DNA of 64,000 nt, from positions 2,290,907 to 2,354,906 of the forward strand of contig CAWFSF010000006.1 in the NCBI GenBank assembly GCA_963818475.1, in the 5' to 3' direction. The notes under the pieces are model-generated. The model had not been told where the DNA came from, searched no databases, and worked only from the letters and a program-made list of their open reading frames with translations. This stretch comes from Nitrospirota bacterium (GTDB lineage: Bacteria; Nitrospirota; UBA9217). Shown here in pieces: positions 1 through 11,345 of this stretch; within the stretch, counting starts at the first letter, position 1; every line of letters begins with the position of its first letter. Position numbers and translations under genes: made by a program.

Positions 1-9
1 GGTTCTGGT

Positions 10-1119
10 CTAACCGTGCAGCTGATTCCATACCTTAACCTCCCGCGCGCCAGGCGCGATGATCACCATGTCGTACTTCATGGGGAAAATATCCGTTGTC
101 TTGTCCCGGTCCGGCACCGCACTGTCCACGCCGCAGACCTCGGACATGAGCGCGTACTTGCCTTGCTTACCCCCGACGATGCCGGGTCGAAGCTTCTTCG
201 AGTCCTGTACCATGAAGACCGTGCCGTCGGGCGTAAAACCGATAATGCAGTTAGGGCCGTCGATGCAAAGCGGCCGGAGCGATTTTTTGAGCAGCCGGAG
301 CGCCGGAGCGTCGGAACGGCCGGCGATCTCGCTGTCCTTCATCGGGGTTATAATGTCCTTATAGTAAGAAAGCGGATACCCGAGGGTCCGGTTCGTATAG
401 TGCATGATGTGGGTGAAGACCTCGGAGTCGGAGTTGTACCCCATGTACCCCGGGTTGCCGCGGCCCATGAGAAACTCGCGGATCGGAACGAAAGCCGTGT
501 TCTCGCCATTCGTCATGGTGCCGTAGCCCTGGATGAAAAAGGGATGGCAGGCATAAAGATAGATGGCGTAGTTAGTGTTCTGTCGGCCCTGGGCAAGAAC
601 GATCTTGGCCTTGACGTCGGACCGGTCGAGGCCGAAGAACTCGCCCACCTGGAGCGGATCGCCGACCTCCTTGAGCGTCAGCACGTCGGGGTAGAAGGAG
701 AAGACAAAGAGCGACCCGTCGGGCTCGCCCATGCACCGGAGGGCCAGCCTCGTATTCATGAGCAGGTCCTCCTTCTCGCGCAAGGGTTTATCCCGGTACG
801 ATTCGGGATAATCATACACCTTGGCGATATAGTGCTCACGGCGTTCGATACCCGGTACGTTCTTGATGGAGGGCGCCCAGGTAAACTTCTCCTTGAATCC
901 ATGGGTCTTCATGTATTCGTCCAGGTCCCGAAGCCCCTTGTTCGAACAGATCGCGGAAAGAACGGGAAATCCCTTGAACTCCGCGAAGGGCCCGCCCAGG
1001 TCCTTGAGCATCAGGCCGAGCCCGGACCCGTCATGGCCTTCCTTCATGGTCTCGAGCGCATGGATGTTCTCCATGGGGGAGAAATAGTCGCTCGATGTTA
1101 TTGCGCTCAAACGGCACAT
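10..1119 (-). CDS. Class II glutamine amidotransferase (glutamate synthase GltB domain-1-like subunit)
   Basis: N-terminal MC (Ntn-hydrolase Cys2), GHDGSG, RQNTN, HPF, NGEN and SDSE motifs; RBS GAGGAG upstream. Confidence 0.85.
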   Translation of the reverse strand: MCRLSAITSSDYFSPMENIHALETMKEGHDGSGLGLMLKDLGGPFAEFKGFPVLSAICSNKGLRDLDEYMKTHGFKEKFTWAPSIKNVPGIERREHYIAKVYDYPESYRDKPLREKEDLLMNTRLALRCMGEPDGSLFVFSFYPDVLTLKEVGDPLQVGEFFGLDRSDVKAKIVLAQGRQNTNYAIYLYACHPFFIQGYGTMTNGENTAFVPIREFLMGRGNPGYMGYNSDSEVFTHIMHYTNRTLGYPLSYYKDIITPMKDSEIAGRSDAPALRLLKKSLRPLCIDGPNCIIGFTPDGTVFMVQDSKKLRPGIVGGKQGKYALMSEVCGVDSAVPDRDKTTDIFPMKYDMVIIAPGAREVKVWNQLHG

Positions 1120-1356
1120 GCTGTTGCTCCTCTTCTTACCGCCAGTGATGGTGGGGAAAAATCACCCGGGCAGGAAAAACCATGCGTTGTCGCCTGCCGG
1201 TACCGTAGGGGACTACCCTTCAATTATAAACGGGGAGTATCGGATTTGGGAGTTCGCTATGGTTTTGTTTCCGCCCCAGGGGGAATCCGGGCTGCCGGCG
1301 AGAACGATCACCTCCAGGCGGGGAAACGCCTGCGATGCACATGCTCAACCAGCGGC

Positions 1357-1383
1357 AAAAAGCCCCTTTACGAGGGGCTTTTT
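1357..1383. terminator. Bidirectional intrinsic terminator-like hairpin
   Basis: AAAAAGCCCCT-TTACG-AGGGGCTTTTT perfect inverted repeat with A/T tails. Confidence 0.7.
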
Positions 1384-1750
1384 AATCGGCAATACCTTTG
1401 CCGTATGACTAGGTAAAATACACCGGGTAAAGCTCTGCTGTCAAGCAAAAATTGAGCGCGGCAGGGGGAGGGATCGCGCTGAATCGGAAGCGAGCTACGC
1501 GGCCGAGGAATGGGTCCTTGCAAGGGAGGACGTAGAGTAAATAAGATCCTTGAGCGGGACCAGACGGGAAATATTCGAAGAGCGTTGACATGGCCTTGCT
1601 CTCGGTGACAATGCCGTTTCGTTTTTTGCTTTTTCGAAACGAGAGGTCATGCCGCCTCTTTCAGGATCATCCGCCTGAACTGTAGCTTCTTTTAGCTCCT
1701 TGTTTCAGCGAATACCGAAGCTGTACATCAGGGTATTTTGGAACTACTCA

Positions 1751-2452
1751 CTAATAATACAGCAACATAAGGAGCAGAAAAGCCAGACTCTTTGCCACTT
1801 CTATCCAGCCTGTGGTCTGCAGCCTCACCTTATAAAGGGTGGCAGCCGCTATGAGGTTTTCCAGGAGCGGCAGGAGAGGAAGAAGCGAGAGGTGGAAACC
1901 GCGATACACAACAACGACAAACAGCACATACAGTACCGCGAGCACCCGATCCATTGATTTCTTGAACAGGAGCACCTTGACCTTGAATACGCCCGCGGTG
2001 AAATACAGTGCCACAGCCACAAAGAGCCGGACATCGATCCCGTTCGTTATCAGGAACTTCGCCAGCACAGCCGCGAGGCTCAGCAGGGCGAAGCCGAGCA
2101 GCTCGGTAAGGAGGAAATGCTCGCCTGCGAAGCGGTTCATCAGCAGATATGCCGTAGGGATAACAAGAAGGGGCAGGAGCCTAGGCACGTCGCTGCCGAA
2201 AACCGCAACGAGAACGGCCGTTGCCGCAACGATCTGGCAGATGAAGATGACGAAGTACCGCTGGTCCCCTTTTTTCCTGAGCCATTTCGAGAAAGCCTGC
2301 TTCGAGTTGACCAGCATGGCGAGAGCAAGAAACAGGGGGAAAACCAGCCACGTAAAACCACGGCTGACGCCGATGCCGACAAGGAAGGCGATGATCAATA
2401 CACTCCAGGAGCCGTATTCTTTGAGGAAATAGCCTTTGGTTTCAGTTCTCAT
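1751..2452 (-). CDS. YwiC-like membrane protein
   Basis: N-terminal KEYGSW motif resembling YwiC (P)KEHGAW; multiple TM segments; C-terminal GWIE. Confidence 0.7.
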   Translation of the reverse strand: MRTETKGYFLKEYGSWSVLIIAFLVGIGVSRGFTWLVFPLFLALAMLVNSKQAFSKWLRKKGDQRYFVIFICQIVAATAVLVAVFGSDVPRLLPLLVIPTAYLLMNRFAGEHFLLTELLGFALLSLAAVLAKFLITNGIDVRLFVAVALYFTAGVFKVKVLLFKKSMDRVLAVLYVLFVVVVYRGFHLSLLPLLPLLENLIAAATLYKVRLQTTGWIEVAKSLAFLLLMLLYY

Positions 2453-2630
2453 GCCTGCAGTATACCATTGAGAAAGGAAGAGCGTGTATGAGGAAAATCA
2501 TAAAAAGCAAAAAGCGCGGCATGTTATGCTGTGGGAAGGAGCGACAGATGGCGGAAATGGCGGATCGGCGCTTTGCATACCTTGTTCTGCCTGAAGGCTG
2601 CGACCTGCCTCCCGGACACGTGCTTCGGTC

Positions 2631-3554
2631 TTAGTCGAACCCGAGCGCTATGCCGAGCCCGGCATACGACAGCCTGTTGACATAGAATTGTCCATGCGGC
2701 GAGTACCCTTTGTAAGCCTCTAAGAGCACGCGGATAAATCTGCCGTTGGGTATAGAGCTGTCGAACTGAAGCCCCGCCTTGAGTGATCCATTCACTGCCC
2801 AGTCATGTTCCTGATCGATCTTGAGATCGAGCCCGCCGACGAGCCGACCGCGGCCCAGGACCGGGTCGGTCCCGTAATACTCGACCCCTCCCTGCGCTGC
2901 CCACGGGCGCAGTTCATGCGGAACCTTGTGGAGGAAGTACTCGCCGCCGCCATAGACACGCCACTCCCGCCATTCCCGGGACCAGATAACATTCAGGGCC
3001 TCATAGGAAAATTCGATACGGTCCGTTTTGGACTGGAGCAGGTACTCATCGCCCAGATGAGAGCTCTGATGATAAAGCGCGATCCGCACCGAAACAGGGC
3101 CCTTACGGTAGCTCATGGGAAAACCGATGGTATAGTCGGCATTGACCAGGGCACGGGACGGCATATCGAGGTTGAACTGCGCATGGATGCCACCGCCGAA
3201 GTTCATCTGCCATGCAGACCCCTCAGCCCGGTCGATATGCCGGTAAATACCGAAGATCTCGCCGAATCCGCCGGTCGCGGCGTTAATGGACTGCGATTGA
3301 TACACATAGTGGCGATAACTGAGGTAGAAGTGAGGTTCTTTGGGGTCTGCCAGAAGAGGCCGGAAGAGGTCGCCTAAAGGAAGGAATATTGTCTCAGCAG
3401 GGGAAACGGAGGAGCCAGCCGGGGCAATTATTTCACTGCCCGTTCCAGGAGTATGCGAAGCGAATTCAGTGGCATGAGAGGCCGGCGTCAGTGCGATCAG
3501 GATGAAAAAGACGAGCGCGACTGAACCAGCACAATTCCGGAAGAACAGGTTCAT
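2631..3554 (-). CDS. DUF1207-like exported/outer-membrane protein
   Basis: Signal peptide MNLFFRNCAGSVALVFF...ASHA; LPLGDLFRPLLADPKEP and HQSSHLGDE motifs; the ORF track fuses it to the NuoN C-terminus. Confidence 0.65.
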   Translation of the reverse strand: MNLFFRNCAGSVALVFFILIALTPASHATEFASHTPGTGSEIIAPAGSSVSPAETIFLPLGDLFRPLLADPKEPHFYLSYRHYVYQSQSINAATGGFGEIFGIYRHIDRAEGSAWQMNFGGGIHAQFNLDMPSRALVNADYTIGFPMSYRKGPVSVRIALYHQSSHLGDEYLLQSKTDRIEFSYEALNVIWSREWREWRVYGGGEYFLHKVPHELRPWAAQGGVEYYGTDPVLGRGRLVGGLDLKIDQEHDWAVNGSLKAGLQFDSSIPNGRFIRVLLEAYKGYSPHGQFYVNRLSYAGLGIALGFD

Positions 3555-3604
3555 AAGATGAAGTATAGCGGATTGGCTGGCAGTTTGTCGCCGGTGTCCA
3601 AAAG

Positions 3605-5064
3605 CTAAGCAAGCCAAACCGGCGATCGAGGCCTTGGCGAAATCGAGCAGCTGAGCCGGCAATACGCCGATGTAGATGACGAAGGACGCTGAAATTGCCA
3701 GCGCCAGCGCCAGCGACGGGGCCCGGGAGATCTCGAATGACCCGACGGGGTCCTTCATATACATGACCATGATAACGCGCAGATAGAAATAGGCGCTGAT
3801 CGATGAAAGCAGGACGCCGACAACGGCAAGCCAGACAAGGCCCGCTTGTACGGCTGACTGGAAGATATAGAACTTGCCGACAAAACCGGCTGTCGGCGGT
3901 ATGCCCGTGAGCGAGAACATGAAGATCAGCATGAGGAAGGCTGCGGTCTTGTTGGTCTTGCCCAGGCCGGCAAAGTCCGCGATGTCCTCGCCCCGCTCCC
4001 CCGCCTTGCGCAGCATGATCACCACGCCGAAGGCCCCCATGTTCATGAGCGCGTAAATGCAGACGTAGAGCATGACGCTCGCGGCACCGTCGGGACCGCC
4101 GGCAGCCAGGCCGACGAGTGCATAACCCGCATGGGCAATGGAGGAATAGGCGAGCATGCGTTTGATGTTCGTCTGCGACAAGGCCATGATGTTGCCCGAC
4201 AGCCATGGTCAGCACGGCCAGACCCGCCAGGATCGCGGTCGATTGTTCATGGAGCGGCTGGAGCGCATACAGGAAGACCCTGAGCAGCACGGCAAAACCG
4301 GCGACCTTGGGACCGGCGGACATGAACGCCGTGACCGACGTCGGCGCCCCTTCGTATACGTCCGGCACCCACATATGGAATGGCGCTGCAGCCACCTTGA
4401 ATCCGAAGCTCACGACCAGCATGATCATGGACAGCATCAGGACCGGGTTCGTCAGGTCAGCCTTCTGGAGGAACAGCAGGATGCCGGCCAGGTTCGTGGT
4501 GCCCGTGATTCCGTACATCAGCGACATGCCGTACAGCATGATCCCCGACGAGAAGGCGCCCAGGAGCAGATACTTGATAGCCGCTTCATTGGAACGGTTG
4601 CTGCCCCGCATGAAGCCGGCGAGGACATAGATCGAAAGGGCCATGAGCTCGAGTCCGAGGTACAGCGTGATAAGGTCCCCGGCCGAGGCCATGAGCATCA
4701 TGCCGCACGTGGAAAAGAGCATCAGTGCGTAATACTCGCCGCGGTGGATATCCTCTTCTTTAAGGTAATTGATCGAGACGAGGATGCCCAGGCCGCAGGC
4801 GCTGTAAAAAACGAACTTGAAATACGTCGAGAACGGATCGATGAGGAACGTTCCCGAGAACACAGAGCCGGAGGCGCCGATCGCTCCATAGCTCGCCACG
4901 GCGGCAAATGACACGCAGCCGAGACTGAACCATCCGAGGTATCCTTTATATTTCTTGTCCGTGAAAAAATCGAGGATCAACACCAGCAGGCCGCCGGCAA
5001 TGATAATGATCTCCGGTGCAAGGGACGTCATGGATTGTGCTATTTCCTGGATCGAGCTGGACAT
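3605..5064 (-). CDS. nuoN: NADH-quinone oxidoreductase subunit N (frameshift near 4190; end approximate)
   Basis: LYLGLELMAL, EAAIKY, FKVAAAPFHMWVPDVYEGAP and KRMLAYSSIAHAGY across two frames. Confidence 0.92.
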
Positions 5065-5109
5065 CGATATCTCCTCACAGATTCCACTGGAATAAAACTC
5101 CTGACAAAA

Positions 5110-6650
5110 CTACTTCGCGAGCAGGGAACCCACCGCTTGGGCCATGGCAGGAACGTGCTGGACTTTGGCGTTCACCTGCTGAATAAGATTGGATGCGGAC
5201 ATATGGATCATCTGGAGCGCCGCATTCGGATAGAGGCCGATGAAGAAGACCAGTATCACCAGCGGCAACGATGCGGCGATCTCCCGCAGGTTCATATCAA
5301 CAAGATGTTCGTTATGCGGGATTCGTGATCTTGCCGAAGGCCACACGCTGATAGAGCCAGAGCATGTATCCCGCGCCGAGAATGATCCCGAGCGAGGCGA
5401 TCACGGCATAGGGCTTATAGTGCATGAACGCGCCGAGCAGGATGGCAAACTCGCCGATGAAGCCGTTCGTGCCCGGCAAGCCGATGGACGAAAAGGTGAT
5501 GATCATCAGGAACGTGGCATAGATCGGGACCCTGGCTGCGATGCCGCCGTAGTCGGCGATCACCCGCGTATGGGTCCGTTCGTATATCACACCCACGGCA
5601 AGGAACAACGCTCCCGTCGAGATGCCGTGGTTCAGCATCTGCAGGATCCCGCCCTCAAGCCCCTGGCTGTTCAGGGCAAAGATGCCGAGGGTGACAAAAC
5701 CCATATGGCTGACGCTCGAGTAGGCAATCAGTTTCTTGAAGTCCGTCTGCGCAAAGGCCATGTAGGCCCCGTAGATGATCGCGATCACCGAAAGGATCAT
5801 GATGGCCGGGGTCCAGGCTGAGCGCGGCGTCAGGGAAGAACGGCAGCGAGAACCGGAGGAAGCCGTAGGCGCCCATCTTGATCAGGATGCCGGCCAGGAT
5901 GATGCTGCCTGCAGTGGGCGCTTCCACGTGTGCGTCGGGCAGCCAGGTGTGGACCGGGAACATCGGCACCTTGACCGCAAAGGCCGCGAAAAAGGCAATG
6001 AAAGCAAATATCTGGAACGTATAGGTGAACTGGTGGTTCATGATGGCCAGCACATCGAAGGTCTTACCCGCGGCAACGTAAATGGCCATGATGGCGACGA
6101 GCATGAGCACGCTGCCCACGAGAGTGTAGAGAAAGAACTTGATGGCAGCGTAAAGCCGGTTCGGTCCTCCCCAGATGCCGATCAGCAGGTACATGGGGAT
6201 GAGCATGGCTTCCCAGAAGATATAGAACAGGAAAAGGTCAAGCGAGGTAAAGACGCCGATCATAGCCGCTTCAAGGAACAGGATGGCAATCATGAACTCC
6301 CGCACCCGGTCCTGAATGGCGGTCCAGGACACCATGATCGAGATGACCGTCAGGAGGGCTGTCAGCGCCACAAAGAGGATGCTGATGCCGTCAACGCCGA
6401 GCTTGTAGCTGATGCCCCAGGCGGCGATCCAGGGCAGGTTCTCGCCGAACTGCATGTTCGCGGTCGTCGTGTCAAAATTCGTGAGCAGCGGCAGACAGAG
6501 CGCAAGATCGATGACCGCGACGCTTACGGCGATCCAGCGTACTGCCGCGGCGTTCCTGACGAACAGCAGGATGAACGAACCGATCACGGGAATGAAGATC
6601 AGGAGGCTCAACAGCGGGTATCCGAGCTGGTTCGGGATCAATTCAAGCAT
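5110..6650 (-). CDS. nuoM: NADH-quinone oxidoreductase subunit M (two frameshifts)
   Basis: FYIFWEAMLIP, FAVKVPMFPVHTWLPDAHVEAP, KKLIAYSSVSHMG, LPGTNGFIGE. Confidence 0.92.
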
Positions 6651-6730
6651 GGATCTGACTCCTTTGGCAAATGGATACTGATGTCAACGCAAACCACGAG
6701 GCATCTGTTTCAATGATAAGCTGCGCCCTG

Positions 6731-8663
6731 CTAACGCAGAACGTAGTACAATCCCACGAGGACCACCAGGCCAAGCGCCATGGTAAATGCATACTGCTGC
6801 ACATAGCCGGTCTGGATCTTCCGGCTTTGCTGGCTCGTCGAACTGATCGCCTGCGCAAGGCCGTTCACTGCACCGTCGATGATTTTGACATCGCCGATCG
6901 TATAGAGAATCTTCGCCAGTTTGTGAACCAGGCCGTCAACAAAAATGTAGTTGTAGATTTCGTCAACCTTATATTTATTAAGGAGCAGCGTGTAAGCACC
7001 CTTGTACTTCTCCGCCCAGTAGGCGGGCCGGGAAGGGTTCTTTACATACCATGCATAGGCGCTTCTGATCCCGGCAAGCGCGACCACGACGGAAAACACC
7101 ATCAGGCCAAGCTCGAACCAGTGGCTTTCTGCCGCAGCTGCATGCTCAGCATGCGGAAAGAGCGGTGCGAGAAAATCGCCAAACAGGTTCATGTGAGGAA
7201 TGATCGCCCCGGGCATCCCGATCCAGCCGATGACCACGGAGAAAAACGCAAGGATCATGAGCGGGACGGTCATGACCTTCGGCGACTCGTGCACATGGTG
7301 CTCGACCTCGTGGTCCATGCGGGATTTTCCGTAGAAGGTCAGGTAGATCAGCCGGAATGAATAGAATGCCGTCATGAAGGCGGCGGCCACGCCGAGGACC
7401 CACAGCCCGCGGCCCAGCGTCGATGCATTGTAAGCGCTCCAGAGGATCTCGTCCTTGCTGAAAAAGCCCGCAAAGGGAAAGATCCCGGCCAGGGCAAGAG
7501 AGCCGATGATGAACACCGCATGGGTGATCTTGATCTTGGACTTGAGCGCGCCCATCTTGCGCATATCCTGCTCGCCCGACAGTGCATGGATCACGCTGCC
7601 CGAGGCAAGGAACAGGAGCCCCTTGAAGAACGCATGGGTCGTGAGGTGAAAGATGCCTGCCGAGAACGCCCCGACCCCGAGCCCCAGGAACATATAGCCG
7701 AGCTGACTGATCGTTGAATAGGCGATGACGCGCTTGATGTCATTCTGCACCAGGCCGATGGTCGCGGCAAAGACCGCGGTCAGCCCGCCGACGATGGCAA
7801 CGACATTCATCGCGGTCGGAGAGAGCGAGAAGATCGGCGCACAGCGCGCCACCATGAAGACGCCGGCGGTGACCATGGTCGCCGCATGGATCAGGGCGCT
7901 GACCGGCGTGGGGCCTTCCATGGCGTCCGGGAGCCAGACGTAGAGCGGAAGCTGGGCGGACTTGCCCATGGCTCCCACGAACAATAGCAGCGCGATCAGG
8001 GTAATCACACTGATCTCTGACCCGAAGAGCAGGTAGTTGAAATTGGCGGCCGGATCGGCAACGGCCTTGAAGACCTCGGCGAAAGTTCAGTGTGCCGAAG
8101 GTGACAAAGATCAGGAGCATGCCGAGCAGGAAGCCGAAGTCGCCTACGCGGTTCACGACAAAGGCCTTGATGCCGGCATCGGAGGCTGATTTTTTCTCAT
8201 ACCAGAAGCCGATCAGGAGGTAGGAGCAGAGGCCGACCCCTTCCCAGCCCACGAACATGAGCAGGAAGCTGTTGGCCATGACCAGCACCAGCATGAAGAA
8301 GGTAAAGAGCGCCAAATAGGAGAAGAACCGGGCAAAACCTTTGTCGCCGTGCATATATCCCACGGAGTAGATGTGAATAAGGGAACTGAGCGTGGTCACG
8401 ACCAGGAGCATGACCGTGGTCAACTGGTCGATCTGCAGCCCCACATTCACCGAGAGCGTACCGATGGAGATCCAGGAATAGAGGTTCTCATTGATGATCG
8501 TCCCGCCGAGCACATCGAAGAAGGCGCTCACGGAAAGCACGAACGCCCCGACCACGCCGAGAATGGGGAAGTAGGCGGCCCTCTCCTTCAGGAATTTCCC
8601 GAACAGACCGGCGATCAGGAAGCCGGCGAAGGGCAGCAGCGGTATCAGTGCATATTTAAGCAT
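6731..8663 (-). CDS. nuoL: NADH-quinone oxidoreductase subunit L (frameshift near 8080)
   Basis: GWEGVGLCSYLLIGF, GKSAQLPLYVWLPDAMEGPTP, C-terminal QTGYVQQY. Confidence 0.93.
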
Positions 8664-8679
8664 AATCACCTCTTCGAGG

Positions 8680-8808
8680 TAAATTCCAAACTTCAATTTC
8701 CAAATCTCAAATAAAATCCAAATTTCAAATTCGAATCATAGAACATTTGCCTCTTGGTACTTGGAATTTATTTGTAATTTGGCGCTTGGGCTTTGGGATT
8801 TCCCGATT
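8680..8808. repeat. Intergenic palindromic array of AT-rich heptamers (nuoK-nuoL)
   Basis: Left arm AATTCCA/AATCTCA/AATTTCA units; right arm TTGGAATTT/TTTGGGATTT units. Confidence 0.7.
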
Positions 8809-9111
8809 TTATCCCTTCATGATGTTAAAGTCTTCCACGTGGATACTCCCGCGGTTGCGGGCCAGGAGGATGATGATCGCCAGAGCCACCGCTGCCTCGG
8901 CAGCGGCCACGGTGATGACAAAGATCACGAAGATCTGGCCGGTGAGCGACTGCAGATAGTGCGAGAATGCGACCAGGTTGATGTTCGCCGCATTCAGCAT
9001 GAGCTCGATGGACATCAGGACGATGAACACATTGCGGCGGCTCAGCACGCCGACAACACCGATGGTGAACAACCCGGCACTCAGCAGGATATACCAGGAC
9101 AAGGGGATCAT
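8809..9111 (-). CDS. nuoK: NADH-quinone oxidoreductase subunit K
   Basis: [26 protein letters not shown]; 100 aa. Confidence 0.95.
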   Translation of the reverse strand: MIPLSWYILLSAGLFTIGVVGVLSRRNVFIVLMSIELMLNAANINLVAFSHYLQSLTGQIFVIFVITVAAAEAAVALAIIILLARNRGSIHVEDFNIMKG

Positions 9112-9139
9112 GGAAACCTCCGGTTTCCATTGCGGAGGA

Positions 9140-9201
9140 AGATTGCAGAATTTGGATTGAGATTCAGCAAAAGCCGCAATCCGAAATCCGAAATCCGCAA
9201 T
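9140..9201. repeat. Intergenic palindromic heptamer array (nuoJ-nuoK)
   Basis: GATTGCAGAATTTGGATTGAGATT ... CCGCAATCCGAAATCCGAAATCCGCAAT. Confidence 0.7.
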
Positions 9202-9209
9202 GTACTTAT

Positions 9210-9720
9210 CTATTCATTCGTTTTCTTCTTCGCCAGCATTACAGCACCCACGAGCCCGACCAGCAGGATGATGGACGCGATCTCGAACGGCACCAGGTAG
9301 TTGGTATACAGTTCAATGCCGAGGGCACCAACCCCGGTACTCGAGACATCGCGCATCGGTTGGCCCGCGTCTGCCGGAAATCTGCCCTTAATGACAAGCA
9401 ATCCGATCTCACCGGCGATCAGCACGCCAAAACCGACGAGCCAGGGCCAGAAACGGTTTGCCCGCAGCGCGGTAGACCTCGCGGTCCACGCTCAGGAGCA
9501 TGGCCACGAAGAGGTACAGGATCAGGATGGCCCCGGCATACACGATAAGCTGCACCGCAGCCAGGAACTCCGCGTTCAGCAACACGAATACGCCTGCAAT
9601 ATGAAAGAAGAGCAGGAGCATGAACATCACGCTATGGATGGGGTTCTTCCGGGTGACCGTGAGGACCGCCGATACGAGGATCACTGCGGCAAAATACAGG
9701 AAGATAAGTTTATGCGCCAT
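9210..9720 (-). CDS. nuoJ: NADH-quinone oxidoreductase subunit J (frameshifted)
   Basis: [38 protein letters not shown]. Confidence 0.9.
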
Positions 9721-10207
9721 TACTTCTTTACCGCCTTTCCGCCCATGTAGTGGTCGCCCACATCGACAAGACGGTCCTTGGTATAGAACGCATCTTTCCG
9801 GTCATAGCAGGCAAGCTCGAACTCGGGGGTCATCAGGATCGCCGAAACAGGGCACGCATCGATGCAGAAACCGCAGAACACGCACCGGAGCAGGTCAAGT
9901 TCGTAGGAGTTCACCACTTTTTCGATGGTCTGGCCCTTCGGACGTCACCACCGTAATGGCCTTGGAAGGACAGACCGCCTCGCAGAGACCGCAGCCGATG
10001 CACGCCGCTGCGCCCTTTTCATCGCGGCGCATGGCATGGAGCCCGCGCGAACCCGGGGATGGGTTTGCGCTTGAAGGCCGGGTACTGCCGCGTCCTCGCA
10101 TAGGGTATCATACGTTTTTGACGGGTGAGCATGGTCTTGAGCGTCAGGGCCATGCCCTGTGCGATCTCGATCATGAAGATCGTTTTGAGCAGCTTTTTAT
10201 TTTTCAT
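9720..10207 (-). CDS. nuoI: NADH-quinone oxidoreductase subunit I (frameshifted)
   Basis: [12 protein letters not shown] and [12 protein letters not shown] in successive frames. Confidence 0.9.
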
Positions 10208-10248
10208 GTCATTTACTCCTCACTCCGCCCTCGCTCAAACCTCTCCGT

Positions 10249-11336
10249 CTACAGCCAGCCCAGCTGCTTCATACCTGCCGCCACGAGCAGCGTGCAGAGC
10301 GACAAGGGGAGAAAAATCTTCCAGGAAATCTTCATGAGCTGGTCATAACGGTACCGGGGAAGCGTTGCCCGGATCCACATGTAGAAAAAGATGAAGAAGT
10401 ACAGCTTTGCCAGCAGCCAGAGCGTCGGGGGCAGGGCCGCGAACATCCGGTTGATGAATGCTATTGAGGTGAGATGGCCAAACGCGGTGTTGGGAAGAAT
10501 CTGCACCGGCAGCCAGCCGCCGAGGAACATGATGCTCGCCAGGAGCGAGACCACCATCATGTTCATGTACTCTGCCATGAAGAAGAGGCCGAAGCGAATG
10601 CCGCTGTACTCGGTGAAGTATCCCGCCACGAGCTCGCTCTCTGCCTCGGGCAGGTCGAAAGGAACACGGTTCGTCTCTGCAATGGCCGAAACCAGATAGA
10701 GGAAAAATGCCACCGGGCCCACGGGCAGCGCGATAATGAACCATTGCTTGCTCTGGGCATTCACAATATCGTTCAGGTTCAGCGAGCCGGCCAGGAGCAC
10801 CACGGTGAGGATCGCAAAGGCCATGGGGATCTCGTAGCTGATCATCTGGGCTGCGGACCGGAACCCTCCCATGAGGGAATACTTGTTGTTCGACGCCCAG
10901 CCGGCCATGATGACGCCGTAGGTGCCGATGCTGGCGAACGCGACGATAAAAAGAACACCTACGTTCAGGTTCGACACCCAGAGCGGGACCGTATGGGACA
11001 GCAGACCGAAAAAGTCGTGGGCGGTCCAAAGGGTATGACCACAAAGGCGCCAAACGCCATGACGAGCATGAGGATCGGCGCAATGCTGAAGACCCATTTG
11101 TCGGCCTTGGCCGGGATGATGTCCTCTTTCATGATGAACTTGACCGCATCGGCGATCGGCTGCAGGATCCCGTGCCAGCCGGTCCGCATCGGGCCCAGGC
11201 GCCCCTGCATATGCGCAAGCACCTTGCGCTCCATGAGCTGCAGATACATCGCATTGGCCAGGATGAAAGCCAGCAGCACCACAATGGGAATGACGAGCGT
11301 ATAGAGGATGTTGAGTACCAGGTTCAGATCAGGCAT
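10249..11336 (-). CDS. nuoH: NADH-quinone oxidoreductase subunit H (frameshift near 11000)
   Basis: ERKVLAHMQGRLGP, QPIADAVK, AETNRVPFDLPEAESELVAG, RYDQLM. Confidence 0.95.
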
Positions 11337-11345
11337 GTTCTGCTC

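Noticed and set aside
2631-4187. NuoN-DUF1207 fusion protein
   Set aside because: A TAG lies one frame off at 3605-3607 where NuoN should end, and the downstream part has its own ATG and signal peptide. An indel artefact is the simpler explanation.
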